The notes under the pieces are model-generated. The model saw only the letters and a list, made by a program, of their open reading frames with translations. It was not told the DNA's origin and ran no database searches. From contig CAWJTV010000013.1 of NCBI GenBank assembly GCA_963845755.1, positions 160,001 through 224,000 of the forward strand: a stretch of DNA of 64,000 nucleotides, given 5' to 3'. Position 1 is the stretch's first letter. Every line of letters starts with the position of its first letter. The DNA is from an uncultured Planctomycetota bacterium (GTDB taxonomy: Bacteria > Planctomycetota > Planctomycetia > Isosphaerales > Isosphaeraceae). Both the position numbers and the translations under genes were made by a program. This document shows positions 1 through 13,584 of the stretch, in pieces.

Positions 1-13
1 TCACGAGCTATAA

Positions 14-1930
<1,917 letters not shown>

Positions 1931-1940
1931 GTAGTGGGCG

Positions 1941-1994
1941 GTAGGCAGTCGGCAGTGAATACGGGGCGGTCTGTCTTCACTGCCGACTGCCTAC
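1941..1994. terminator. 19-bp inverted repeat after guaB (terminator-like or short dispersed repeat)
   Basis: GTAGGCAGTCGGCAGTGAA (1941-1959) pairs with TTCACTGCCGACTGCCTAC (1976-1994). No U-tract. Confidence 0.5.
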
Positions 1995-2022
1995 GGCCTA
2001 CTGAAAAGCAAGGAGGCGTGGC

Positions 2023-4794
2023 TTGCGTCGCACAACAACGGCATGGATCGCGGGGACGCTCGGGGCTGGCCTGACGGCCTCGATCGTCTTGGCCCAGCAG
2101 CTACCCCAGTCGCGTTCCTCGGGGGGCGGTGCGCCGGACGCGTCGCCGACGGCCGATACCGCGCCGCTGTACGGGGCCGGCAACTCGCGCGGGGGGCGGT
2201 ATCTGCTGCGAAACGGCCTGGACTATCTCCAGTACCAACAATACGAGCGGGCACTCCGGTTTCTCCGCGATGCGGAGAACCACGTGAAGGAGCTGACCGC
2301 GCCCGAGAAGCTCGCGCTAAAAAAGGGGATCGAGCAGGCCCAGAACGGGCTGAGGGCGGCGGCGGACTCGCAATCCCCCTACGCGCTGAGCGAGCGGTCT
2401 CAACCGAGCCGCGGATTCACGGTGGCCCGGCCGGAGACGGCGATCGCCTCGAGCCCGGCGTCGCCGTTTCGCGCGGACAGCCGGGGCCGGTCGGATCGTC
2501 CGGTCGCTCACTCGGGAAACGAGCCCGCGGGCGAGCCGATCCGTCTCACCAGCGTCGAGGCGCCTGAAACCACCCCGCCCCCGACGCGAGCCCGCTCGAC
2601 TCCGTTCGGGAACGAGTTGACGGCCAGCGGCCCTCAGGCAGCGGTCTCCGAGATCCCGACGCTGACCGCGCCGGAGATCCCGACGCTGACCGCGGTCCCT
2701 TCGTCGAACGATCCTGCGGTCCCCGGCCTTGGCGCGAATCCGCCCTCGACCGCGGACCCGGCCTTGGTGCCGGCCAGCCCGAGCCAGCCGGTGACGTCCT
2801 CCGAGCCGAGTTCGAGTCCTCCCGACCGTCACGATGTCACGCCCCCGCCGGACGCCTCGACACAGGCCGCCGCTGCGCTGCCGATCCTCCCCTCAGACCT
2901 CTCGCCGCCGACCGACCAGGTCAACGTCTCGGGTTCGGGCCAGCCCGTGCCCCGGGACCCGGCCGTCGCCGGGGCCGCGACCGCGACCGCGACCGTCCTC
3001 CCGGAGGGACCGTCGGCAACGACCGAGGCCCCCGCGCCGAGCTCGCCGCCGGCACGGCCGAACGTGGAGAGCTCGGCCGCACCGGCAACGGACGTCGCAC
3101 CCGCCCCCCGGCCTGATTCGGAGACAACGCCTCCGGCCGGCGCGCCCAGTCTGACGCCACAGGAAGCCGCGCCCGTCGCCGCCCAGGCTCCGGCCCTGAT
3201 CCTGCTGGAGACGCCTTCGGCGACGGATCAACCCGCTCCCGCACCCGGACCTGCCCCCACGACGGTTCCGGCTCCCACGAACACGGAGAGGGTCGCGCCC
3301 GCGCCGCCATCCGGCGGGCTGATCCCTGCGGCGATGCAGGATTCCGCATCGTCCGGATCGGTACCGACCTCGGAAGAGACGCCCGCGGCTTCCGCCGTGA
3401 CGAGCCCCCAGCCCGCTGACGCGGACGCGACCCCCTTGCCGCCGCTCGGAGCCGATGCGCAGAGCGGTGCCAATTCCAGCGGTTCACCGCCCCAGGCGGT
3501 TGCGGAGCCGGCCGGGGTGTCGGAGGCTGCGAACGCGACGTCTCCAGCCGGGACGGTGCCGGCCTCGGCCGTCGAGACCCCGCCGGTCGAATCCAAGGAA
3601 ACCTACGAGTTGCCGCCCTTGCCGACCGACCTGGGTCGCGAACCGGTGGGCACCAACCCGTCGAGCGGGACCGCATCCACCGGGAGCTCGGCCCCGACGC
3701 CCGCGCCCCTGGTAACCGCGACGGCCGCCGAATCGGCTCCCGCGAGCACCGAGACGGCGAACGAGCCCCTGCCTCCGCTGCCCGTCGGGATCGAGGCACC
3801 GGCGCCCATCGGCGCCGCTGCCGCGCCGGCCCCGATCGGCACCGCGACCGCGCCGGCCCAGGCAGAGAGCCGGCACGACGTCGCCGATGCCGGCTCCGCG
3901 GAGCAACCCCCGGCACAGGCTCAGCCCGGCTCGGCGCCCGTATCGACAGCCGACGGCTCGATTCCGCTTCCTTCCGCCGCAACCTCCGCAGACGAACCAG
4001 CCCCAGCCGCCGCGGTCATCGATTCCGGTGCCGTCCCCGGCGTGAACCCGCAGGCGGACCGTTCGTCCGGCCCCGCGCCGGAAGCCGGCTCACCGCCGAC
4101 GGCCGCGGCCTCCCGGATGGCGTCCACTCCCCCCGGCCACCAGGCCGATCCGTTTCTCCCCGAACGTCCCAACCCGGGCTCGAACCTCGATGTCGGTCTC
4201 CAGCGACGCGTCGAGCAGATCGCGCGCAACCAGGAGCGCGAAGAGGCGCTGCGGATCCACGAGCAGAATCGAGTTCAGCCGGACACCCCGCCCCGTGATG
4301 GCGGCATGTCCAACCTCTCGTCTCAGACCCAGCTCGACATCATCCGTGCCCCGAGCCCGGCCGAAGCCCGGCCCATCAAGGCCATCCCCGTTCCCGAGGA
4401 CTGGGTCCCCCTGGCTGCACGCAAGTGGAGCCCTCAGAGCAAGTACTGGGCCGCCGCGGCCACCTGCCACCTCCCGCTCTATTTCCAGGATCCGGTCCTG
4501 GAACGTTACGGGCACCCGGTTGAACAGTTCGTCGGCCCGGTCGGGCGGTACCTGTCCTATCCCGTCGACGATCCCAAGCAGTCCACCCAGCGCAACTACC
4601 TCGTCCAGCCGTGGTTCTCCGCCGGCCTGTTCGCCTTGCAGATCCTTGCCTGGCCGTACAACGGCATCATGGATCCCCCCTGGGAAGCGCAGTACGACCT
4701 GGGCTACTACCGGCCCGGTGATATGATCCCGATCGATACCTACTGGCTCCCCTTGCATGGCTACGGCCCTCCACTCCGTGGGGACCGGTATTGA
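2023..4794 (+). CDS. Secreted Pro/Ala-rich protein with a planctomycete-type C-terminal domain
   Basis: Signal peptide (MRRTTTAWIAGTLGAGLTASIVLA), a short helical N-domain, a ~600-aa low-complexity linker, and a C-terminal WAAAATCHLPLYFQDPVLERYGH...YDLGYYRPG motif. Confidence 0.8.
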   Translation: MRRTTTAWIAGTLGAGLTASIVLAQQLPQSRSSGGGAPDASPTADTAPLYGAGNSRGGRYLLRNGLDYLQYQQYERALRFLRDAENHVKELTAPEKLALKKGIEQAQNGLRAAADSQSPYALSERSQPSRGFTVARPETAIASSPASPFRADSRGRSDRPVAHSGNEPAGEPIRLTSVEAPETTPPPTRARSTPFGNELTASGPQAAVSEIPTLTAPEIPTLTAVPSSNDPAVPGLGANPPSTADPALVPASPSQPVTSSEPSSSPPDRHDVTPPPDASTQAAAALPILPSDLSPPTDQVNVSGSGQPVPRDPAVAGAATATATVLPEGPSATTEAPAPSSPPARPNVESSAAPATDVAPAPRPDSETTPPAGAPSLTPQEAAPVAAQAPALILLETPSATDQPAPAPGPAPTTVPAPTNTERVAPAPPSGGLIPAAMQDSASSGSVPTSEETPAASAVTSPQPADADATPLPPLGADAQSGANSSGSPPQAVAEPAGVSEAANATSPAGTVPASAVETPPVESKETYELPPLPTDLGREPVGTNPSSGTASTGSSAPTPAPLVTATAAESAPASTETANEPLPPLPVGIEAPAPIGAAAAPAPIGTATAPAQAESRHDVADAGSAEQPPAQAQPGSAPVSTADGSIPLPSAATSADEPAPAAAVIDSGAVPGVNPQADRSSGPAPEAGSPPTAAASRMASTPPGHQADPFLPERPNPGSNLDVGLQRRVEQIARNQEREEALRIHEQNRVQPDTPPRDGGMSNLSSQTQLDIIRAPSPAEARPIKAIPVPEDWVPLAARKWSPQSKYWAAAATCHLPLYFQDPVLERYGHPVEQFVGPVGRYLSYPVDDPKQSTQRNYLVQPWFSAGLFALQILAWPYNGIMDPPWEAQYDLGYYRPGDMIPIDTYWLPLHGYGPPLRGDRY

Positions 4795-4825
4795 TTTTAG
4801 GAATGGGCGTTGGCCCGAAAAGCCC

Positions 4826-4860
4826 GCGAGCCCCCAGGACCCTGGCTCCTGGGGGCTCGC
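4826..4860. terminator. Hairpin between convergent genes, probable bidirectional terminator
   Basis: Perfect 14-bp stem GCGAGCCCCCAGGA / TCCTGGGGGCTCGC with a 7-nt loop. Confidence 0.7.
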
Positions 4861-4910
4861 ATTTCAGCCACTTCGACGAGGCCTCTCACGGGCGACCTGC
4901 CCGTTGACAT

Positions 4911-6600
4911 TCATTTCGGCGCGGGCGGTGTGGGTAGCGCGGGCGCCGCCGGGGCCGCGGCAGGTTCCCATTCGAGTTTCAGCTCCACTTCCTTGCCACC
5001 ACGGAGGACCGTGAGGACCTTCTTCGGTCCGCCCTCCCGGATGGCACCGTTCAGCGCCATCCGGTCGGCGACCTTGGTCCCGTTGACCTTGACGATCACG
5101 TCACCTTCCTTGATTCCGCCCTTCTGGCCGACGCTGTCGTCGAGCACTTCGGAGACGGTCAGCTCCTCGAGCTGGACTCCGAGCGTCCGGCGGTTGCTCC
5201 TCGCAACCGGCGTGCGGAGCTTCTCGCGCGAGAGCAGGTGGTCGAGGTTGGCGATGCCGTAAGCCCCCAGCGCGACGACCAGCGACGAGTGCTTCTGGTA
5301 CTCGGGGACGGCGGCGTCGAAGGTATCGAACTGGGTGTGGTGGGTGTGCTGATATCGGGCCTTGCCCGACTGTCTCCAGAAGAAGCCCGGCACGTTGGCG
5401 GAGAGGAACGAGGCGTGGTCGCTGCCGCCGCCGGTCAGGCCGGCGACTTTCCGCACCGCGAACGGGTAATCGTGATCGAGCTCCTTGACCGGGGTGAAGA
5501 CCTGCTCGAGGTCGCCGAGCATGGCCTCGGTCCCGCCGATCCCGGAGAGGTAATTGGTGCCGCCATCGTGCACGAGCACGGCCGAGATCTTGGGCATGAG
5601 CTCCTTATGGGCCTTCACGTAGGCGGCCGAGCCGAGCAGGCCCTGCTCCTCGCCGCTCCAGACCATGAACCGGATCGTCCGCCTCGGCTTGGCGCCGGCC
5701 TTCATCAGGATCCGGGCCGCTTCGAGGGCGGTGGCGACGCCCGTGCCGTTGTCGGTCGTGCCGGTGGCACCGTCCCACGAGTCGATGTGTCCGCCGACGA
5801 TCACGTATTCATCGGGCTGCTCGACCCCCGGGATATCGGCGATGACGTTGTACAGGTTGATCGGGCCCTTCTTGAAGTAGTTGCGGATGTCGAACTCGAG
5901 GGTGACGGCCTTGCCGTCCTTGAGCCAGGCGACGATTTCCTCGAACTGCTTTCGCAGCAGGTTGACCGCGGGGACGGTCGGGAGCTTGTCCCAGGTGATC
6001 CGGTACTGGCCGCTGGTGACCAGCTCGGAGGCGGCCCCGCGGGCGACGATGCCGGCCACCTTGGCGTTTTCCAGCTCCCTCCGCATCGTGCGGGGGGTGC
6101 CCGGTACCAGCAGCACCCATGCGCCGGCGAGCGTCCCCTTCGCCTTGGCCTCGTCGAGCTCCTTCTGATCCTTGGGCGCGAGCACGGCCTTGCCGCGGAC
6201 CGCGCCTTTCGTACCGGCCGACCACGACATGGTGACGAACTCGAGCGCCTTCGATTCCGGCTCGATGACCCGGCCGAACCACGGGCCGCGATTGAACCCG
6301 ACGGGGAACTCGCCCCACTTATCGAGCCGGGCGTTCTCGATCCCGAACGACTTGAACCGATCGCGCACCCACTCGCAGGCATTGGTGAGGTTGTCCGAGC
6401 TGGTCAACCTCGGACCGATCCGGTTACACAGCACGTCGAGGTGATCCATCACCTGGGGATCCTCGCGCCCCGCGGAGAGGATCCGCTCGAGATCCATGCT
6501 CCGGGCCTTCGCGTTGTCCTTCTCCCCCTGCGCCGACATGGAATGTGACGGATAACCCCGTCACCACAATAGCCCACCCAACCCAGAAACGCCGTCTCAT
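4911..6600 (-). CDS. M28-family metallopeptidase (carboxypeptidase Q-like) with C-terminal PDZ domain; one indel near 6540
   Basis: GGHIDSWD, TDNGTG, WSGEEQGLLGS, SDHASF and HHTQFDT motifs, plus a PDZ tail. The signal peptide MRRRFWVGWAIVVTGLSVTF lies in another frame, starting at ATG 6600 behind a GGAGG RBS. Confidence 0.9.
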
Positions 6601-6813
6601 GCATGACCTCCGTTGAAGAATGACCGGCAGCCAGACCGAATTCGCAACGCCGACCGGAGAGCAATCAGCCACGATTCATTGAGGGAATATTCTTCTCGAT
6701 CCGAACGGCTGCGTCCAGCCTGTCGATTCTCGGACAGTCTCCTCGGAGAATCCGTGCGGCGGTCGTGGGGCCCCGCATTGACGACGGGTGCGCATCACGC
6801 CGATCGCCTCGTG

Positions 6814-7527
6814 TCATGAGGGCGGCTCGACCCCCATCGCCCGCAACTGGGCCGCCATCTGCTCGGCACGTTGACGCTCGGCGTCGCGCTCGCGAGCCAC
6901 CTGGTCGCGCTCCTGGGCCACCTGGTCGCGCTCCTGGACCAACCGGTCGCGCTCGTCGGCGATTTCCTGATAGGTCAAGAACCGCTGGTCATCGGGACCA
7001 AGGATCGTGAGCTCGCTCCCCGAGAGGTCGAATCGGATGCCCAGGCGGGGGCTGGTCCAGCGGTCGATCTGGGGGATTTGAACGAGAACGCCTTGGCTGC
7101 GCTGCCACCCCTCCAGCACGATGTCATCGGGGTCGTAAAGATAGTACTCCTCCACGCCGTATTTCTCGTAAAAAACCAGCTTCTTCTGCATCTCGCGATA
7201 GCTGTTGTTGGGCGAGAGGACTTCGAAGACGACCTGGGGTGCGATCCCGCCTTCCTCCCACTGTTTGTACGACCCGCGGTAGCCCTTGGGACGCCCGATG
7301 GCGACCAGCGCGTCCGGGGCCAGGCAAATCTCGGGGTGCCCGACCACCGGGTACCAGAGCAGGTCTCCGGCGACGAACACGTCGGGACGGTTGCGATAGA
7401 CCCGATCCAGCCCCTCCTTGATCGTCACGATCCAACCGAACTGGAGCGTGTTATCCGCCATGGGCTGTCCATCACTGTCGGGGTAGATGATCTGCGGCCG
7501 CGCAGGACGGGGAGTCAAGATACTCAT
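6814..7527 (-). CDS. Uma2 (DUF820) family putative endonuclease
   Basis: YPDSDGQPMADNT, APD...FEVLSP, YGVEEYYLYDP, and a coiled-coil tail of 21-bp/7-aa repeats (ERDQVAQ). Confidence 0.92.
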   Translation of the reverse strand: MSILTPRPARPQIIYPDSDGQPMADNTLQFGWIVTIKEGLDRVYRNRPDVFVAGDLLWYPVVGHPEICLAPDALVAIGRPKGYRGSYKQWEEGGIAPQVVFEVLSPNNSYREMQKKLVFYEKYGVEEYYLYDPDDIVLEGWQRSQGVLVQIPQIDRWTSPRLGIRFDLSGSELTILGPDDQRFLTYQEIADERDRLVQERDQVAQERDQVARERDAERQRAEQMAAQLRAMGVEPPS

Positions 7528-7595
7528 GAAACGAGTCCTCGGATGGGCCATCCGGGTCATTAAGAGCGCCTATGGCTAGCGTGGGATAGGGCCCA

Positions 7596-7682
7596 GGAAA
7601 AAGGGGACTGGCTCCCGGCCTCGAGGGGTTCCGTCGATTTCGGGCTCAGCGCCCGTGGGCCGGGTGCCTGTCCCCTTTTTCC
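7596..7682. repeat. REP/MITE-like palindromic element with GGGGAC...GTCCCC arms
   Basis: GGAAAAAGGGGACTGGCTCCCGGCC (7596-7620) versus GGCCGGGTGCCTGTCCCCTTTTTCC (7658-7682): 23 of 25 complementary. Confidence 0.75.
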
Positions 7683-7911
7683 GCGCACTCAACCCAAGCG
7701 TGAAGTGCTCCAGGCTTTTTATCCGATTCTACCCGCGCGATCGTCGGATACCAACGTGAAAGGCATCGTCCGAGTCGTTCTTGCGATAAGAACGGCTCTG
7801 ACCGGATCGTTCGAGCTCCCTGCGTCCTTGGAGTCGCCCGAACATCGCGATACATTTGATGAAACCAACGGGGGTTCTCGGGCCGGGTCCTGTCCCGAAA
7901 TCGGTGAAACG

Positions 7912-10900
7912 ATGAACGGTCACCACTTCATCAGTTATTCGGGCGCCAACGCGCAAGACTTCGCCTTCCAACTCCACGACGCGCTGGAAGGGGGACATCC
8001 TCACATCCCGACCTGGCTCGACAAGAAGGATATTAAGGCCGACCGGGATTGGGATGTTCAAATCGACGAGGCGATCCGCGATTGTGCGAGCCTGCTGTTC
8101 GTGATGTCGATCGACAGCGTGGAGGACCACTCGGTCTGCAAGCGCGAGTGGACCCGAGCGCTGCGATTCAAGAAGCCGATCGTGCTCCTCGCCTACGATC
8201 GGGAAGCCGTCCCGCCCTTCCGGCTGGATGGCCGCCAGCACATCGACTTCACCAAATCGTTCGACCAAGCCCTGGCCCCGTTGCGGAACCACTTGAAGTG
8301 GCTCAAAGAGCCCGAGGGCCAGCTCCGCGCTCTGGAAGACCGCCTGGCGGACGCCATTCGCGACCTCCGCCGCGCGGAGGGTTCCGATCAGGAATCGCGA
8401 GTCCGTAGCGATATTGCCGATTTGGAGGCGCAGATCGAAGCCCAGAGGCGCATCGCCGCCGACCCCGAAGCAGCGAAGAAGCGAACCGAGGAGAGCATCG
8501 CGCGGGGCCTGGAGCGGGAGCGGCAGCCGGCGCAACCGGTCGCGGGCATCCCTCGCACCAGATTCCTCAACCCGCGGCCGGCCCTCGCGCCGAGCTACTT
8601 CCAGGACCGCCACGTCGAGACGCAACTCATCGGTGACTTCTTGAAAGACGAGTCCAAACGGCTGATGACGATCGGCGGCCGTGCCGGGATCGGCAAGACG
8701 GCGACCGTCTGTCGCGTCCTGAAGGCCCTGGAACGGGGAGTTCTGCCGGACGACCTCGGGCCGCTCGAGGTCGATGGCATCATCTACCTGAGCGCCATCG
8801 GCTCGCGACGGGTCAATGCGCCCAACTTATACGAAGACTTGCTCAAGCTGCTGCCCGCAGAGTCGGTCCGGCGGGTCGAGCCAATCGTGCGGGACGCGAA
8901 GACCGCCACCGAGGTCAAGATTCGCGCCCTGCTCGAGGCCTTCCCGACCAGCCGCACTGTGGTGCTGTTGGACAACTTCGAGGATGTGATCGATCCCGCG
9001 ACGCACAACCTCATCGACGCCGAGCTGGACGAGGCTCTCCGCGCACTGCTGAGACTGCCTCACCACGGCGTCAAGGTGATCCTGACGACTCGCGTCGCGC
9101 CCCGGGCCCTGAACCTGGTGCAGCCGGGCCGGCAGATGTCACTCGTCCTCGACGGCGGCCTGGAATCCCCCTACGCCGAGAACATCCTGCGCGAGATGGA
9201 CGCCGACGGCAAGCTGGGGCTCAAGTCGGCCACGAACGAGCGGCTGGCCCTGGCGGCGAGCGGACCCGCGGCTTCCCCTGGGCGCTGGAGGCCCTCTTCG
9301 CGATCCTCTCGGCCGACCGCGACACGACCCTGGAGGAGGTCCTGGCGGGGGTGCTGCCCGAGAACGTGACCGAGGCCCTGGTCGGCGAGGCATTCAGCCG
9401 GCTCGATCTCACCCAGCAGCGGGTCATGCAGGCCCTGGCCGTCTATGGCCGCCCGGTGCCGTCGGCAGCCGTCGATTACCTGCTCCAGTCCCATCAGCCC
9501 GGCCTCGACACGCCCCGGTCCTCAGTCGGCTGGTCAATATGCACTTCGCGCGCAAGGAGGCTGGGCGATTTTACCTGCACCCGGTCGATCGGGAATATGC
9601 GCTCTCGCGCCTCGCGCCCGGCGAGGTATCGGACCGCCGGGCCAATGAGCCGGTCTTCACGCTCTACGGCCTCCGCCACCGCGCCGCACAGTATTTCGAG
9701 GAGGCTCGCCTGCCCCGGGCGAACTGGAAGACGATCGAGGATCTCGCGCCGCAACTCGCCGAATTCGACCTCCGCTGCGAGGGCCAGGATTATGAGACGG
9801 CGGGGTATGTTCTCGTGGGCATCAGCTCCAACTACCTGATGCTCTGGGGGTGGAACCGACGGGTGGTCGAGCTGAACGAGTGTTTGCTTGACAAGCTCGG
9901 CGATTTCCACATCAAGCAGTGCATCTTGACGAACCAGGGGTATTCGTACCATTGCCTGGGCCAGTCGGGTCGGGCTCTTGGATACCACGAACAGGCCCTT
10001 GCCATGTCGCGAGAGGACGGCGACCGAAGCTCTGAACGGTACCCCCTCGTCAACCTGGGCCTCTGTTATTGGGCTCTAGGCCAGACCCTCCGCGCCGTCG
10101 ATTTCCTCGAGCGGGCCCAGGCGATCATGCGCGAGGTCGGCGACCGCTATGGCGAGGGGCTCGCCCTCGTTAACCTGGGCCTCTGCTACAGCGACCTAGG
10201 CCGGATGGCCCGCGCCATCGACTCCCTCGAGCAGGCGCTGGCCATCGCGCGCGAAGTGGGCCAGCGAGTTGCGGAGGGAATCGACCTTGAGAACCTGGCA
10301 TGGTGTCACTGGACCCTGGGTCAGACGGCCCGCGCCATCGAGTACGCTGAGCAGGCACTGGCCGTCGCCCGCGCAGTTGGCGACCGGAGAGTCGAGGGCT
10401 ACGCTCTCTATACCCTGGCGCGGCTGTCTATCGATGAAGGGCGGCCTGATGACGCGATCTGCCAGGCGATTGAAGCCGTGCGACTTGGCGAAGAGACAGG
10501 AGACCCAATGATCATCAGCGTGGGCGATGAGAACTTAGCCCTGGCGCATCTCTGTATTGGAGACTTGCCCGCTGCCCGCGCCGCAGCGGAAGCCGCTCGC
10601 AAGCAAGATATCGCGATGAATAACCACAACGTCTTGTCGCTATCGGGACTGATCGCACTGCGACAAGGTGATCGCAACGCGGCTGTCGAATCGTACTCGG
10701 CGGCGATCGCGCAGGCCGAGATGATGCTCGATTGCTGCAACCAGAATTACCAGGCTTTGGATGCCAAGGGATTGGCCCTGGCCGGCCTGGCGGTGCTCGA
10801 AGGAGGCAATCGCGCGGCAGAGGCTATCGCGACTTTCCAAGCCGCCCGGGCGATCACCTCGGCCGCCGGGATCGTCGGCCGCGTGCGGCGGTTGCTCGAC

Positions 10901-10993
10901 GCCCTGGCGCCGGCCGATGCGGCCGGCATGTTGACTCCCATCTACCCGGCCGCTGAGTGGCGCGAGGACTCAGCGGGATCGGCCTCGTCATAG
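7912..10993 (+). CDS. TIR - coiled coil - P-loop STAND NTPase - TPR protein (~1025 aa), split by indels at ~9256 and ~9511
   Basis: TIR: FISYS...WLD...W...CKREW. Walker A GRAGIGKT, Walker B VVLLDNFED, VILTTR. After frame repair: RTRGFPWALE and FYLHPVDR. Followed by multiple LVNLGLCY...LG TPR repeats. Confidence 0.85.
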
Positions 10994-11109
10994 GCGAACA
11001 GCCTCTTCATCGGCATGACGATCTGAATCGCGAAACACGCCATCGTGCTCAAGGACTTCGTCGAGGCCGTCGATGCCGGGGATTGGGAAGGTTTGCACCA
11101 ACCAGGATC

Positions 11110-11586
11110 TCATGTCTGGCGCTGCGGGAACAACCCATTCGGCCGGATCTCGACGCGGGATCGCTGACTATCGAACGTGACGTTGAAGTAGCGAAAGAAC
11201 CCAACTTGACCGAGGGTGATGGTAATCGTCTCCTCACCGTTCGCTTCCGGTGTTTGATACGAGAATGCGACCTTCGGGACGACCCATCGGTACGACGTCT
11301 TTCCTTGCCTCAATTCGAAGCCGATATCCTTACCCTAGAAGCCCTTCGCTTGCTGACCCCCAGTACCTCGGAATCGCGCCGGCTCACGAGAATCGATCGC
11401 AAGGCCCAAGCGAGTAGCCACGTTCATCGGTATCGTCGTTTCATCGGCCCCCGTATCCACCAAACCGAACAGCCTGCTCGTCCCAGCGGGTCCGAAGACT
11501 CTCATCGGAACGACGGGGCGCCAGAGCTTCGGATGAGGATGGGCCGGGCTGGGAACGACCTCAAAAGGGCGGAAAGGAAACCTCAC
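11110..11586 (-). pseudogene. Single-domain retropepsin-like aspartic protease with an in-frame TAG at 11335-11337
   Basis: RPVVPM...GLVDTGADET catalytic motif. The C-terminal TLGQVGFFRYFNVTFD continues in the same frame past the amber codon. Confidence 0.8.
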
Positions 11587-11822
11587 CGCCTGAGCCCCCC
11601 TGGAGCGACCTCGAAGATCGCGTCATGTTCTCCGGCGGCTGATGCCGCCGCTTCGGCCTCCTCGATGGTTTTACCTGAGCCGATGATGCGCAGGCCATCG
11701 GACGACCAGGTCACCCAGCGACCAGCCAATTCCATGGGCATGGGCTGAGGTTCATCGCTCTTGTCCAACTCGACTCTCCTGCGATTACGCGGATCCTTTG
11801 ATGATGCCCGACTCTTACTCAT
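11583..11822 (-). CDS. Small DUF5678-like protein, 4-bp overlap with the protease gene
   Basis: LAGRWVTWSSDGLRIIGSGKTIEEAEAAA resembles the GxWVA...IVAxG.T.EE pattern. Confidence 0.6.
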   Translation of the reverse strand: MSKSRASSKDPRNRRRVELDKSDEPQPMPMELAGRWVTWSSDGLRIIGSGKTIEEAEAAASAAGEHDAIFEVAPGGLRR

Positions 11823-12313
11823 GATCGCGACGAACTCCCAACCTCGACGTCCTCATCCAGTGATCGATCCAAATGGCGGAACTCACGCCCGCACCTGAGG
11901 ACTTCTTCGAAGCCCTCGATGTCGGTGATCGACCCGATCAATTTCTGCAACCCGACCTGGAATCCGGCACCTTCGCGTGGCGCCGTTGAATCTCGGCGAC
12001 CGCTTGCTCGACTGCGGCAAGTCGATGCTCGATCTCTTCTTCCTCGGTCATGGCTTCAACCTTCGCTGCGACTCGAACCTCATACAATGAACTCTATCCG
12101 CCCCCTCTCTCCGGGACAAGCGAAGTCGAAGAGACGCCCCCCGCGAAGAGTCAGCGTACGGCTCGAGTTCCTGCCGTCATCGCCATGCCGCGACCGCTCC
12201 CTTGCCGTCTTGCGATCGTCCGTGCCATAATCCACGCGGAACCATCCGTCAATCACTCTACAATGTAATCCGCCTCAACCAATGCCTGCCGGCTCTCGAG
12301 GAGACCTGGAACC

Positions 12314-13040
12314 ATGATCCCGCCCCGATTGTTTCAAAAGGTCGCCATGCGTGCCGTCCTCTTGACCGTGGTGATGTCGGCGCCGCTCGTGATGCCGTCC
12401 GCGACGCGCGCCGAGCAGTTCGTCCTCTTCGACGCGACCTTCACATACACCAAGAAGGATGCCGATAACTCGAGGCCGAGCAAGTCGCATTACTATGTCA
12501 AGGGTGACAAGCTCAATCCCAAGCGGCCGCGAGACTGGACGGCCCCGGTGGACTATCGCAACGGGACGGTCCACATCCGCGCGGAGGTCCTCGAGAAACC
12601 TCCCGGCGGCGAACCTACGACCTGGACGATCTGCTATATCCCGAACAAGGGGAAAGGGAACGGCTACGGTTGCACGGGCACCGACCTCTACCGCGAAAAA
12701 GGCGTGTATGAGAAAGATATCTCGATGAAATCATTCTGGGAGAACGACTCCATCATCTGGTCGGAAGGCATCAAGCAGATGGATCTGGTCATCAAGGACA
12801 ACAGCGGCGGCCGGGGCCACGCCGCACAAGCGAGCCGATCATGAGAAGTTCTTTCCGACCAAGATGCGGATCACCGTGGTGCAGGTATCCGCCGGTTCAA
12901 AGTACGATCCCAGCCTGGTCCCGAATCTTCCGGCCAGGAAAGTCGAGGTCGGCGCAAGAGTGCAAGACGGCCGAATCGCAGAGGGCGACGAATCGGCCAA
13001 GAAGTCCGAAGGCTGCGCGGCTTGCGAAAAGTCAGAGTAA
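12314..13040 (+). CDS. Secreted hypothetical protein, indel near 12830
   Basis: Signal peptide ending ...ATRA-EQF. Coding bias continues after the shift (EKFFPTKMRITVVQVSAG) to TAA at 13040. Confidence 0.7.
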
Positions 13041-13161
13041 ATGAGGCAAGGTCGCTCGATTGCGGTACCACAAGGCCAGACCGCCTTCCCGCAGGATCGG
13101 ATGCTCGAGCGGCCTATCACGCGCGGATGCGCCGCGTGATAGGCCACCGCATTGCGCGCGA

Positions 13162-13584
13162 TCAACTCACCAATTGGGGATAGTCCACGGTCTCTTGCTC
13201 GCCGCGCCGGGCGTCCTCGATGGCGTCGCGAATCGCCGCCTTTCGGCTATCAGCGAACTCGACCCAATCGTCGAGCCCGATCAAGGTTGCCCCCAACTGC
13301 AATTGGTTGGCGAGATGGCACACCCGGACCCGGCCCACCCGGCGCACGAAATTCGCGATCTCCCCGAAAGCCGTGCTGCCGAGCGACCGCACATTCGCGA
13401 AGTCGATCACGTAATTTCGAGGTAGCTCGGGCCGGATCAGCGAATTGAGCTGCTCCCCCAGCTCCAGGGCATGCACGGAACTGGTGATCTCCGGGCTCAG
13501 GAATTCCACGACAACCACCTCGGGCGCGCTGTCGTCGATCAGTTCATAAGCGATGTGAGCTTGCACGTTTGCAATAGTAGACAT
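13162..13584 (-). CDS. STAS-like (anti-sigma antagonist) domain protein
   Basis: VVVVEF...ELGEQL...NYVIDFANVRSLGSTAFG...LIGLD pattern. Confidence 0.75.
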   Translation of the reverse strand: MSTIANVQAHIAYELIDDSAPEVVVVEFLSPEITSSVHALELGEQLNSLIRPELPRNYVIDFANVRSLGSTAFGEIANFVRRVGRVRVCHLANQLQLGATLIGLDDWVEFADSRKAAIRDAIEDARRGEQETVDYPQLVS

